A DNA stretch of 64,000 nt from contig MU054187.1 of assembly GCA_013239625.1 (NCBI GenBank), positions 11,243,231-11,307,230 on the forward strand. The letters run 5' to 3'. This document shows, piece by piece, positions 26,674 to 39,541 of this stretch; positions within the stretch are counted from its first letter, which is position 1, and the number at the start of each line of letters is the position of its first letter. The notes beneath the pieces were generated by a model. That model had not been told where the DNA came from and did no database searches. It saw only the letters and a list, made by a program, of their open reading frames with translations. The position numbers and the translations under genes were made by a program. The DNA is from Lama guanicoe (taxonomy: Eukaryota).

Positions 26674-27639
26674 GGCTTAGACAGCATCCATAGTCAGATC
26701 TTGGCTTGGCTGGTTCTAGCCTATTTTCCAGATGCTTGATGTTCCATTCTTTTTGCATCTTAAAGTATCCATGGGGCCCAAGGTTGGCTGAACTCTTCTG
26801 GAAAGACTTAAATTCCTGATAAAGGCGATGACTGTAAAAGAAAAGCTTGCTGCCACCAACTCTTCCACCTTTTTTCTGCCTCATCTACGGACTTGATGCC
26901 TGGAATTTTGAGAGCAATCTTGTAGTCTGGGCAACTGTTACTGAGGAAAGGATGGAGGGCAGGCAATGAGCTGAGAATGGCAGACAGAGCCAGCTTCAGA
27001 ATTTCCAGGTCCCCTCGTTCAAAAAGCAAGGATAAAGTGCCATTAAAGGTACTAAAATATAAAGCTTTTCCCTTTCTTCCATGTCTCTCTCTTGATTTGC
27101 CATGATATTTTTAATTTGCAGTTTAATAGAGTTCTCAGTTAAAAAAAAAAAGAATTTAAAACCTCAGATGGTTAGCATGAATTTTACCATTTTCTTTACA
27201 TCATGCAATGCCAGTTTTAAATGCATGTGTAAAAGTATTCAACTCATTTGCAGAATCCTGAAATTACAGAATTTCTATTTCATAGCTTGGACATGCATAT
27301 GTATTTCATTCTTATCGGGACAGTAGAAATGCTGCACAAGACTACCTTGACTGCATTTATTGCATGGCTAGAATTGCACACATTCGACCAACACCCTCTA
27401 CATTGGACTTAGTGATAAGTAAGGAAGGACTGAAAGGGGAAGATACCATGGGTTGCCTTATCTTTCCCTTTTCTTCTCTATGTCATTTTCAGTACAATGA
27501 AATGGTGGTACAGGGAAATGACATAAGTAAGAGAGGACATGAGAGGGATCCGTGTGTCTGTGTCTCTTAGAACATCATTGTCTCCTTTCTGTATCGGAAG
27601 TAAGTTCTGGTTTGAATGGAAAATGCAGCCTCTCTGGGC

Positions 27640-27963
27640 TGTTGTTGCCCCGACTTAGCTGTAAGGAGTCTAAATGGTACTTGCTTTGAGTCTGTGACTG
27701 CCCATCCAGCTTGGGTCAACCGGAGGTGGGATGTCACAAAGGCGATGTGCTGGAATGAGACATACAAGGTACCCTTATTTCCTCCGCTCAAACACATGTC
27801 CTGTTGGCCCACTGAACATCATTTACTAAACACAAATGCAAACAGAAAATTATCAAGATTTTCCAAAGACAGAACAGCAGAGCACTCAATCAATCATGGA
27901 ACCCTTCTGAGTGTGGAGCCCTGTGTGACTTTACAGATCACGTGCCCACGAACCAGCCCTGAT
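27640..27963 (-). mobile_element. MER45-family fragment
   Basis: aaacacaaatgcaaacagaaaattatcaagattttccaaagacagaacagcagagcac...cccttctgagtgtggagccctgtgtgact...cccacgaaccagccctg. Confidence 0.75.
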
Positions 27964-28109
27964 GGCTGAGCGAACAGGCACGAAGGGCCCAGAACAAGTG
28001 AATGTTGTTGAGATGCCAAAACTACCTTCAGACTTTTTCTTAACTAAACAATAAATGTCCTCATGACTTAAGTCTGATTTTCTTTTTCTCACAACTGAAA
28101 CCACTCCAT

Positions 28110-29215
28110 GTCTTTTGTTAGATTCACTCCTAGGCCCATAAGAGTTTTTATTGCTATTATAAACTGTAGCATTATAAATTATATCTTCTGATTATTTATG
28201 GCCATGGCAGGTTAACACAATTGATTTTTGTATACTGGTATTTTATTCAGAATCTTTGTCAAGTTTGCTTATGAATTCTAATAAGATTGTCTTAGATTTT
28301 CTTAGATCCCTCTTGGATTTTAATCACAAATATGTAATTATTGAAAGTGTTGCTTTGTTTTTTCAATTTTGATGCCTTTTTTCCTGGTCTTACTACAACT
28401 AGCTTATACCTCCAGTACAACGATGAGCAATACTCTGGCTCTTGTTCCTGACTTCAAAAGAAATTCTTCTATTCATCATTAAATGTGCTACTTGCTGTAG
28501 AATTTTGATGAATCCTTTTTATCAAGTAAAAGAAATTCACTGCTATTTCTATTTGGCAGAGTTTTTATAATGAAAGGAAGCAGAGTTTTATCAGATGATT
28601 TTTCTGTGTCCATTGAAATAATCCAGTGTTTAGCATCATTTAATATTTAATGCAGAGGACTCCATCAAGAAATTCTTTAATGTTAAGCCTTCTTTATATT
28701 CCTGAGCTAAACTCAACCTGATTATGAAGGATTATTGTATTCTATACACACACTCAGATACACATCCATGCACAAACATAAACAGATGAATCTAATTTGA
28801 ACATCTATTTCATGAATGTTATTGGATCATAATTTTCCTTTCTTGTTCTGTTCTTGTCTGGTTTTGTTATCAAGGTTATATTAGCCTCATAAAAAGAGAT
28901 GGGAACATTCCCTCTTTGTTTATTCTCCTTATTTATTCAGTAATGCGTATGTTTAACAAATATTTATTTATAACATGCTGCAAAATACAGGAATTACCTG
29001 CTCCTTGAATATGTGGGGAAACGTGCCTATAAGTGACCTGGATCTTGAGTGAGCTTTTTCCTTAGTTGGTTTTCTTGTTGTTGTTGCTTTGCTGTTGCTG
29101 TTGAATTTTTAACCACTGATCCAGTATGGTTTATTTCTTCTTGATCCAATAACAGTAAGTTATATTTTTTCCCCAGGAATTTTCCATTTCACTTAAGTTT
29201 TTAACTGTATTAAAT
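28110..29215 (-). mobile_element. old L1M fragment (decayed ORF2/3' region)
   Basis: ttgatttttgtatactg, cctccagtacaa, cttgttcctgactt, tttttatcaagt, ggttttgttatcaaggttatattagcctcataaaa. Confidence 0.8.
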
Positions 29216-29500
29216 AAGGTCCCTCGTAAATCCATCACAACAATGAATATATGTCATATGTGTATCAGCTTATAAATGTATATTTATTGGGATCCATGGT
29301 TGTCCAGTGTTGATCCAATGTTGATTATAAACACCTTCAGGCCAGGCACTAGATCTAGTCTCCTCTCTATGCCTGGAATCTAGTACATGGTAGATGCTCA
29401 CATACCATTTGTTGAGTGAGCAGGTGAACAAATCAATGTCTACTTACAGAAATCTATGGAAAGCTTTTCTGTCTCCAGTTCACAAGCTGTTCTGCTATCC

Positions 29501-29630
29501 TTTTTTTCTGAGGGGGGAGGTAATTAGGTTTATTCATTTATTTCATTTTAGAGGAGGTACTGGGGATTGAACCCAGGACCCTGTGCATACTAAACATGCA
29601 CTCTACCACTTGAGCTATACCCTCCCCCCC
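29501..29630 (-). mobile_element. tRNA-derived camelid SINE (Vic-1-like), long-tail form
   Basis: Antisense A box (ccacttgagcta) and B box (gggattgaaccc); tail includes ggggaggtaattagg; flanking imperfect duplication gctatcctttt / gctatattttt. Confidence 0.9.
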
Positions 29631-31290
29631 GCTATATTTTTCTATTTCTATTATTTACTATCTTGTATTACAATGCAGGAATTAAAACAACTAATTTGAG
29701 TAGCAGATTTAGGAAGATTTTGTTTCATTTCAAGAATAGTTCCAACTCACTTTAAACAACCATTTCATCACTTAATGTAATTTTTAATATTTTTAATGAC
29801 CACTCAGTACTCTAAAACCAGATTTCACTGCAACATGTTCTGAAAGTTTTCTTCCTTTCATGAAAATTAAACCTTCCTAACCAAGTAACAGTTGCTAAGG
29901 GATTTGGAATGGAGATTAGCATAGATTTGGGTAGCACAAATGATCCTTTGTGCATGGTAAACAGTCTACTTTTCATTTTAAAAATTAATATCCTTTTCTG
30001 TGACGCTCACTAAGACTAGTTTGAAAATAAGCTAAATATAATCCTCTTCTTTTTAATTTCCACAAGTCCAGCACCACTTGATCTGATTATGAAATGTCAT
30101 AAACTCAAGTTTACTGTCTGAGAGCGTAGCGCCTCTGTGTCCTTATGCTGACAGAGTCTTAGGCAATCGGTAAACTTCGATCTCTTTCAGGAGGTTCTGA
30201 AAATACGCTTAGGGACAAGCAGTCCAAAAAAATCTTAATAGAGAAATATTTTAATTTTGTTGCCTTGGAATTTTGAAAATTACTCAAAAAAATTTTTTTT
30301 TGGTCTATCATTTTGTTTTATAGTTTCCCACACCCTCTACCAATTTCCTTCACTTTCGATCCTTATCCCCTTTTCCAAAAGAAGCATCTTCACTATCCTT
30401 ATTCCCACTGACTGCAGATGTATTGATACTTGCCGAGGCCCAGATGCAGCTGGGGGCGTCCCACCCGGCTGCTTCTGCTCCGGTCTTCCAACAAAGAAGT
30501 CAGCTTCTGGACCAGGTCACCCACGGTGCACGGCCCATGACTTCTCTCTGGGACAAATTTCCTAGGGTTCACTGAATACCTCTGACTCTCCTCATGCGCT
30601 GGGGATCTTCCAAGCTCATCACAAATCTCCAAATCAACAACTTGACTTTACCAATAAGATCTTTTAACAATGCTCCTCAAAGACTGTTTTACCGTAGCCA
30701 CAAAGGACAAGATGTGAGCTGTGGAGCTTCGTAGTGTTAACCAAGAGACAATAAAGCGATCTCAAGATGCAGAGTGAGAACTAAGAACCCACAGCAAAAA
30801 CACTGGTCAAGATGAATTGTTGATCAGATCGCACTTAATTTATCACCTGAATGCACAAATATTTAAGGAAGAGTAAACTTAAATATTAAAAACCTGAAAC
30901 TCTGTAAACTTGGTGATTAATTCAGCAGTATTTATGGAGCATCTGCTATATGGTTGGCATTCTAGTAATTCTTGGGAGGGCTACAAAAATTATGCTTTTA
31001 TGGAGTTTATGATCTATTGAGAGTGATCAGATCTTTCCTATAATCATATTAAAAAATATAATCTGAACTACTTTCAATTCTACGATTTATCTTTCTATCA
31101 GAAAAGCAATTATACACATATGCTCCTATATTTTTCACAGCTCCTACATTTGTGGGTGCTTTTTAGGGTGGAAAAATTTACATTTCTGTAAAGAATACCA
31201 TAAGCAACTAAACTACAAAAAAACACAGTAACATTGGAGACCAAGTCAGAGGGGGAGAGAACTTTATACAATTTTAGGGAAGGGTTCAGC

Positions 31291-32400
31291 CAGAAATTGA
31301 TTCTCAAACTTGACTGTACATTGGCAAGACTGGCTACATAATTTGTGGAGCCCAGTGCAAAATAAAATGTAGGAACCAGTGTTGAAGCACAGGAAAAAAA
31401 GGCACTAAAGCACAGCCTTTTTCCACATCCTCTCTCTTGACTAGTAAAAATGCTTTTTGTTCAGTATTTAATGATGTTCTAAGTAAAGAAAGTTTTAAAT
31501 CTCAAGTTACTAATTTTTTTCATTTTCTTTCTATCGTACAATGCTAGGTTTAAAAGCAAATACAAGACCATTCAACTCATTTGTGGAATCACCAAAATTA
31601 CCCGATTTTTATTTCATAGCTCGTATTTCGTTCTCATTCAGTTTTGTGTGGAAATGCCACACAAAACTAATCAATGGTCCTTATTTCACTTTTTGATTCA
31701 TACACATTCTAACAACACTATCTCTGGCTTCCTGGTGACTAAGGAAGGTCTAAAAAGAAACGTTTTGCTTTATCATTTCCTTTCCTTCCATGTAAGAGAA
31801 AGTTGTGGTACAAATGAAACGGCTAATATAAGGAAGTAGGTAAGAAAGGGTGTGATAGGGTTCCTTGGTCCTCTGCAATTCTTAAAAAATCACTACCCAC
31901 TTTCTGTGTTTGAAGCACGTTCTTGTTTGAATGGAAGGAGTAGCTTTCCTGGGCTGTCACCTCCCCCACTTACCCCAGCAGTCGCTGTAACATGCTGAGC
32001 TCACACGCACTTTGTATCCCACGTCCCACTGAACTCCCCGATGTCCACATGCCGTGGGTCCACCAGAGCTCAGTGCTCTCACGGAGCACCTAGGAGTATA
32101 TACATGAAAGGCATGCCCTGTGGTCCCATCAGACTTAACATAAAAACACCATCTCAAGATAAAACTGTTAGAAATTTCAAGACGGTCACAGCAGAGCCTT
32201 GAACCAAGCCTGGGTGCCTTCTGAGCACTGGCCCATGAAGCCAACCGTGCAAGCTGGACTCGTCCAAGGAGCTTAAAACCCATTCACGTCTGAGAAGAGC
32301 CTCTGGGGATTGTGATTTAATTGCAGCCTTGGCCTGCACATCAGAGATCTTACAGATCCTCTAAGAGATCTGATGTGCAAGTAAGGTGAAGAACCACTGG
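31291..32400 (+). mobile_element. MER5A-like hAT-Charlie MITE split by a MER45 insertion
   Basis: Left part ttctcaaacttgactgtacattgg (~31291-31324); right part ggagcttaaaa...gattgtgatttaattg...tgatgtgca...gaagaaccactg (~32250-32400). Confidence 0.7.
31325..32249 (-). mobile_element. long MER45-family (MER45R-like) hAT-Tip100 element
   Basis: Both termini present: caagactggctacataatttgtggagcccagtgcaaaataaaatgt at the left and cccatgaagccaaccgtg at the right. Confidence 0.8.
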
Positions 32401-35400
32401 GATTAAAAGGCTCTGGCATTATTGTTCAAAGTGAATCAAAGAACTCACTAAAATTCAGAGAAGTACATATTGGGACTGTGAGTTATCACTTTTCACTTTA
32501 CCATCAGAAGGATTTTTTTTTTTCCATTAAAATCATCCAGCGTACATCAGCGTGTTGAGGATGTACCTTCACAGAGGTTTCGCTGCAGTGGAAACTGATT
32601 CCTATTTAAAGCACATACTGATAGACTTCAAACTTCTAAATGTTAATTAAAATAACATTGCATGTAAATAAAAAAAGAAGGAGGAGGAGGGAGGAGAGGA
32701 GGAAGAGAAGAGGAAGGGGAAAAAAGATAGAGAAAACAAGTTAAATGTCCAAAATAAGAAAACGATTAAGTAAATAATGATACATCGTGTAATGAATTAC
32801 CAGATACCCTCCCCTCCAAAAAAGAGACACAGCTCTAGGTATACTGACACAGGACAACAAAAAACAAAACCTCCATGATATATAGTCAAGGAAAAAAGTT
32901 TCAGAACTAGATAGGAGCTCATTTTTATAAAATATAAGTAAATAAGTCATTCATAGTTCTGTGTTTGAATATATACGGTAGGAGACAAATCTGAACAGAC
33001 ATCAATTAAAGAGACAACAGTTGTTAACTCTGCATAGTGAAGCGTGTGTAACTTTCACTTTTCACTTTATACAATTCTATTTAATTCAATTGTTACAGTT
33101 ATATATTAGCAAAGACTAAGAAAAGAAAAAATGTTAACGGAAATGCAAAAGAAGTCACTGAATTTGGATTCTAGAAACATATATAGTCACACATTTGTTT
33201 TCCACAGATTATGAAAAACATCACTCCCTATGTTTATGCTTTAGTTTCTCCGTCTCAGAAATAGGAATGATGGTTCATAACTCTCACTTCTCAGATATAA
33301 GTCAAAGTATCATGCATAGTCCAGGCACTAAATATGACTTCAAGCTATTATCATTACAAACATTTAATATACATCTAGGCTTTAAAATAGTATATTAATA
33401 CGTAAAATATTATAAAACATACCAAACTAATATGGGTTTCCTGATTTGGTTATCAGACAGAATCAAAGTCATATTTCTTGGGCAAAGGCCACCATCAAAG
33501 ACCTCATGGGTTACACTGAAAGAAAGGGGGGGGTGTGGGGCAGGGGTGATAACTTTAAGAAATTTAACGTGAAACAGTCTCACTCAAGCTTTGCTATTGT
33601 TCCCAAAGATGTCCTTATTCCTTCAGAAAAAGATAAATGGTTGCAATTGTCCCTTTTAAAATGGAGAATAATCAAAAGGAAAGCACTTCCTCACTAATTT
33701 CCATCTCCATAGAAACCACCCAGCTCCCAAAGCCTCTTGTCTACAGACATCAGTCCACAGTTTTCTGATATTAAGCAGTCTGAACCCAAAGCATGCCTTC
33801 TTTCACATTGTGATACCTTGAAGGGTAAAATTGAAATAATAGAAAGACTCGTGCCAAATTTTTCAAGACCCCACTGCATCCCATTTAAATCCTTCCTGTA
33901 TTTTATTTTCAAGTTTCGAAGAGACTGTCCTGAACACACGTTAAAAAGGCTCACGTAAAATGTGCCTGTTATCAGAGTGCCCTTAATCCTGAATATCCCC
34001 TTCTGTTATTTACACTCAAACGGTGCATCAATAAGAATTTCATCTCTTCCCTAGCTTTTTTTTTTTTTTAATATGTATATCCAGACTGTGGGAATTTTTA
34101 CCTGCTGTGTGAATAAGTCACTTTAATGTGGAAGTGATGGATGAGTGGTATTCACTTCCCAGGTCCCTTTGTTCCTATTCAGATCAAGGTTGGGGGATGT
34201 TATGGTAAATAGCCTAAGGCTGATTGAAAATAGTTTAACTCAGTGGCTAATTGGATTTAATAATTACACCAGAGCCTTAAGGGCATTGAAGTCCATTGAC
34301 CTGAAAAGAATTATCAAATTCGAATTCAGGGGTTAGTTGGATTGATAGAATTTTAGTGATCATTTAAGTCAGGATTCTAACCCTAGCTAATTGCTGGCAT
34401 AAACTGGAGCACTTTAGGGAAAAAAACAGAATCGGGGCCCACCCCTCCCTGCCCCACCATCCCATATCCACTGAGTCAGATTCTACACAAGAATTTGTAT
34501 TTTTATTCACTTGCCAAATTATTTCTATAATCAACTAAATTTTGAAATTAATTTTCGAGTATCATCTGTCACACTCTCCTCTGCCCATTTTACAGATGAC
34601 AATACCGATACACAAATGTCTAGCTCAGAGATGTCAGTGCCTTCCAGATACAGATAATGGCTGAAAGAGATGGACCATGATAAGAGTAAAGAGTGGTGAG
34701 GACAGCGGCCACCAAGATGGCACGAAGCTCAAGGGGATAGTGCTGCTCAGCTCTGGTCAAGTGTCTCGGAAAATGTTGGCCCAAGAGCAACTGATTATCA
34801 CCCTCCTCATTTTTTTTATTTTCAAGAGAAACTGGAAATCCAGATTTTTAAGAGGAAATGCCGTAGGGAAAAGAACACATATGTTTGGAGTGCATCTTGG
34901 TCTTTAACAACCAGTTACCACTCTTCATAGAAGAAAAACTGACTTGCCTAACATCGTGCAGACAGGTGTGCAACACAGGGCATAACTGAGGTTTTATTGG
35001 GATTCCAAGACAAAATGATTTCCTTTACCCTCTGCTCCCATTTCTTCCAGTGATAGCAACTTGTGAAAGTCAGAGGGAGAATGATCTTTAAATTGCCCCC
35101 CAACGCTAGATTCTATGATTTTATCCCAGTCAACGTCCCAAGGTCTTCTTACAATGATTTGTGCATCCCTCTTTTTAAGAGATTTGCTTGGCATTTAAAA
35201 AGGCATCGATTGCACGACAGTTAAAATAACAACTAATGGCTTACTGAGAATTTAGAATGATTTCCCAATAGTGTCCTCCACCCCAGGGCAACAGTCAGAA
35301 GCTGCCCAGTGGCTCTGTTTGTGTTAAACCTGAAATTTCATGAAAACTTCAACAGTGAATTTTTAAGTTTACACTAACAGCCTTAAAAATGGGTTTCACG

Positions 35401-36639
35401 GAATATTGTTTACAACCATAGACAAAAAAACTGAAGTGCCAACACTAAACAGGATTAAACACTGCAAACTTCGCTGGTATACTGACATTTTTTTTACCAC
35501 ATGAATGTAACCATTTGCTACCAGCTCTGGCCCCCCCAGCCCCAGCAGCATTACTTCCTCCAGTCCCTCCCACTTCCCTGAGCGCCAGGAACCCCAGCGG
35601 CCACAGACCACGGCAGGGAAGTGACAAGCTAACGACAAGACTTCCAAGGCTAAAAGCGTCCTCCTCAGGAGGCGTGGCATTTCACACTTCACTCTCTCAC
35701 ACCCCTTGAAATTCCATCCCTTACAAATGCATTTTGGTTGAGTAGCTGAACTCTTTTCAAATGTGAAACCCCCGGGAGGGCTCACCCTAGGGTGGATCCG
35801 CTTAGCCGTCTGTTTTAGCCCAGAGCTGCTGAAAAGCCACCAGGTTGTTTCGCAGAGGAAAAGGAACTTAGGGGCCTGGGTCACGTCAGAGCAGTTGAGA
35901 CCAGGGGAGAGGGGGAAATCGAACAGCAAACATATCTGGACATTTGGATGTGAAGGAAGAGATAAGAAAGGGACCTGGATATAGTCTCAAAGCAAACTTA
36001 ATCTTCTGCCAAATCTCAGTGATAGCGCACGGAGGCGGCAGGAAGTCGGCCTAGACACAGTTGCCGGCCATACTGAGGATGCTTCAAAGGCCCCAGATCT
36101 TGTTCTTTTCTTATACCTGTCTCTTTCCGCCCCCTCCCACCATCTCCATTTTCTATCATCTTGAGTCTGTCATTACTGTTCAGTCATTTATGCTGAAATT
36201 TTATGACGCCTACTAGAATTTATTTACAATTCTTATAAAGACCAGTTACGGTTTTCCATTAAGACCCAAGCCAAGAAAAATCCTTTTATTGACTGCATAG
36301 GCACATTTAATTCACTTTTTAATTCGTTAATGATTTTTTTTTCTTAGGAACATCTCTGTATTATTGACATGTACTAGAAGAAAGAAAAGATTGACCCTTT
36401 GTTGTTTTACTACCAATAAATGTTGAAATTACAATTGTTAAAAGTTGCTGACTTTAAAGAGTGTCTTCTTGCCTGGAGTGCCAGCTGAGCTCAAAGTGAT
36501 CCTTCGGAGCAAAGTGTTCCAAGTGCCTATGGCCTTTTCCTTTTTTAATTTAAAAAAAGATGGGTTGGTTTGTTTCAGGGAAAATGAATTAAATAATAAT
36601 AACTTTGGCACTTTCTTTCTTTCCTCCCTTCCTTTGTTT

Positions 36640-37160
36640 AAAAATAATTTATTGAACACTAAAGACAGGTCAGGCATCGTTCTAGCCTCTTGGGGTGCAA
36701 AGATGAGTAGAACACTGTTCTTGTTCTTAAGGAAATAAACATGTTGATAAAAATCCCAGGCCATTTGTTGGTCCCAGACTGAAGGCATCAACAAATCGCT
36801 AGATCAGAGGAGAGAGGGGTGAGCTTGCTCCCTGCTGGAGTAGTCAGGACAGACGGCAGAGAATACAAGAGAGCCTTGCCGAATAATGAGAGAGTTTTGC
36901 TAAGTCAAAAAGAAAAAGGGTATTTAAGCAGGAGGAATAAGCTGTGCCGTGGCATGGTGTGATCGAGGCAGTGTGTGCTGGTTCCCTGTGATTAGAAATG
37001 AGCTGTAGACAACAGGAAGGTGGGTTGGAATAGCAATTGTAGCCTAAGAAAGAAGCTAGGGTGCACAGCGGTTATGCCGTGCTCATAAATCTGGACTTAA
37101 CTCTGGAGGAAAGTGGGAGTCCTTGACAAATGTTAAGTGAGACCAAAATTGTGTTTTATG
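36640..37160 (-). mobile_element. L2 LINE 3' fragment
   Basis: aataatttattgaacact...caggcatcgttctag...ggggtgcaaagatgagtagaacac; ggagtagtcagg; tgggagtccttgacaaatgttaag. Confidence 0.7.
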
Positions 37161-37473
37161 GGTTCAACACACAGTACCTCCTCTAAAGATAAATAATAAA
37201 ATCTAATTCCCTGTCCCCTGCCAAAAACAACAACAATGACAATTTGTGTTTTAAACAACATTCTTTCTAGATGCTAAGGGGGTAGGGGCAGAGATAGGCT
37301 AAAGGCAACATTTTCCCACACGTCTCTTTTAACCCACTAAAGAAGCCTGAGGAAGGCACGAGTCCATTGTTTTCTCTGCACAAGTATGGCCTCAGGCTGA
37401 AAAAGCTCAAGTTACTCACTCGAGGCAGAGCGGCAAACCCAGGACTCAAACCAGGTCCTTCTGATTCCCGTTC

Positions 37474-37646
37474 TGATGAGAATCCACTGGCTCCTACTGC
37501 TGTTTGAAGGACACTCAGTTGCTCAGGCGTTCTACCAGGCACATTGACGAGAATCCACTGGCTCCTACTGGCCTCTCCTCAATGCGCCAGCAAGGGCTGC
37601 TGTTTGAAGGACACTCAGTTGCTCAGGCGTTCTACCAGGCACATTG
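37474..37646. repeat. local tandem duplication of unequal copies between two antisense MIR fragments
   Basis: gagaatccactggctcctactg and ctgtttgaaggacactcagttgctcaggcgttctaccaggcacattg each occur twice. Confidence 0.95.
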
Positions 37647-39104
37647 CCCTCAATGTCTCAATCCAATCTGTGAAATATAAACTATTAGCCCCCTTTTATA
37701 AGTTTTCAAAAAAAACACCTGAGTCCTGGAGAGGGGAAGCAAGTATACAAGGACACATTCGTTTGTCACAGAGCTGGGACTCAAAAGTGGACCTGCGTGA
37801 TCCCAGAGACCTGCTCGGTAGAGTTCCTCCCAACACTGAAGAAGAAAACCAAACACACGCCATCAGCTGGCCACGAAGGAGACACTGACAAGGGCTGAAA
37901 AAATGTTGAATGAAAGTTGGAGTCACGTGGCAAATTAGTGGCAGAGCTGGACTTGGAAAGAAAGCAGGTCTCTCCCCAAACATTCTTCCCATGACCACAC
38001 TTGGCAACAATCTACTTCGGACCGAATTTAGACAGACGATGTTGTCAGACTCACACGGAGAGAAGTTGCAGAATGTCTGACATTGGGTTCAAATCTCTGG
38101 CCTTTGAGATAAATCTTTCAAAACCTCATCTCCTTTCCGGTGTGCAGCCAGCCCCGTGGGATGGCTCAGTCAGGAGATGAGCATTTAAATGGCCTAGGAA
38201 TCAGACCTTGAAAAGTCCCACAGTAGCTTCGGAAAGCTGGGTGAGACAGGAATAAAGACTTGTGGCCTTAAAAATAAAGAGCCTTAACCAATTTTTAATT
38301 TTTCACATAGAATGAGCTCAGCTAAATAACAGACTATGAAAACACTTTGCAGAGAGAGCTCTGGTTTCATACCAGACTTTGACCATTACCTAAAACGCAA
38401 TTTCTCAGCAAAACAATCCAGAAAAATGTGATTACACCAGAAAGAAAATGAAGGTAGATACTGAGGAGATATTTGTCTTTAGGAATTTAACTACGAGATA
38501 ATTAAATTCAATGGAGTGTGTAATTACACCAAAACGCAATCTGATCTCCCTAGAAATTTCCCCTCTATTACCTCAGGGGAATGAAGCCAGACCCTGTGTT
38601 TTTTCTTGTTTGCATTTTCTGTATTAATCTTGTCATGATTTATAAAATAAACTTTTAAAAAAAGACGATCCCCATATTAACTTGAGGTAGATTTCATATC
38701 TTCTGGAGTCCCCACAGGAGAAAGAGTCTGTTCTGTCATTGCCAATGGAGGTTTGGGGGGAACCTCAACGCAGGCAACGGTGGCCAGAGGCACAGTGACC
38801 TTGGCTGTGGCTTTTTGCAGAACAAAGGTCTTTTTCTCATTACAGGTGCAGAGCTGATAAGAATGGCCTTTTTTTTTTTAAAAAAACAGTAAAATTCAGA
38901 TAAATCTCTTTAAAATGCTCACAGGCTAACCTCTTTAACTGACACAGAATATGTCTTTTGAAAAGTATATTTTGAGATAACCTTGTTTTATTAACATTTA
39001 GTGGCTTATTAAAACTGTATGGAGATAAGGAGAAACTGCATTTTTCAGATTCCAGCTGGATTTTTTTACCCTTCTATAAACTATGTGACCCACATATGTT
39101 TATT

Positions 39105-39375
39105 CATTTTTTAATTTTTTAGCCGTTATAAAGTCGATGCACAGCATTATGTTAGTTTCAGGCATACTACTTAATGACGTGATATTTGCATACATTATGA
39201 AATAATCACCATGATAATTCTAGTAACCATCTGTCTCCACAGAGAGTTATTACAATATTATGGACCATATTCTTTATGCTGTATGTTACATCCTTATAAC
39301 ATTTATTATATACTGGAGGTTTGTACCTCTTAATCTCTGTCTCCTATTTCATCCACCCACCCTCACACCCCCACA
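39105..39375 (-). mobile_element. L1 3' end fragment
   Basis: cattatgttagtttcagg...tgatatttgcatacattatgaaataatcacca...ctagtaaccatctgtc...tactggaggtttgtacctcttaatc. Confidence 0.85.
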
Positions 39376-39406
39376 CATATTGAAATTATATTTAAAAGTA
39401 TAACTT

Positions 39407-39541
39407 GAGGGGGAGGGTTAGCTCAGTGGCAGAGCATGTGCTTAACATGCACAAGGTCCTGGGTTTGATCCCCAGCCCCTCCCTTTAAATAAGTAAATAA
39501 AAAAATCTAATTACCTCCTTCCCCCATCACAAAATAAACAA
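39407..39541 (+). mobile_element. tRNA-derived camelid SINE (Vic-1-like), long-tail form
   Basis: A box tagctcagtgg, B box gggtttgatccc, tail ctaattacctcc; imperfect target-site duplication aaaagtataactt (39394-39406) / acaattataactt (39542-39554). Confidence 0.9.

Noticed and set aside
35396..35929. 177-aa minus-strand ORF
   Set aside because: No homology I recognise; explained by locally higher GC reducing stop frequency.
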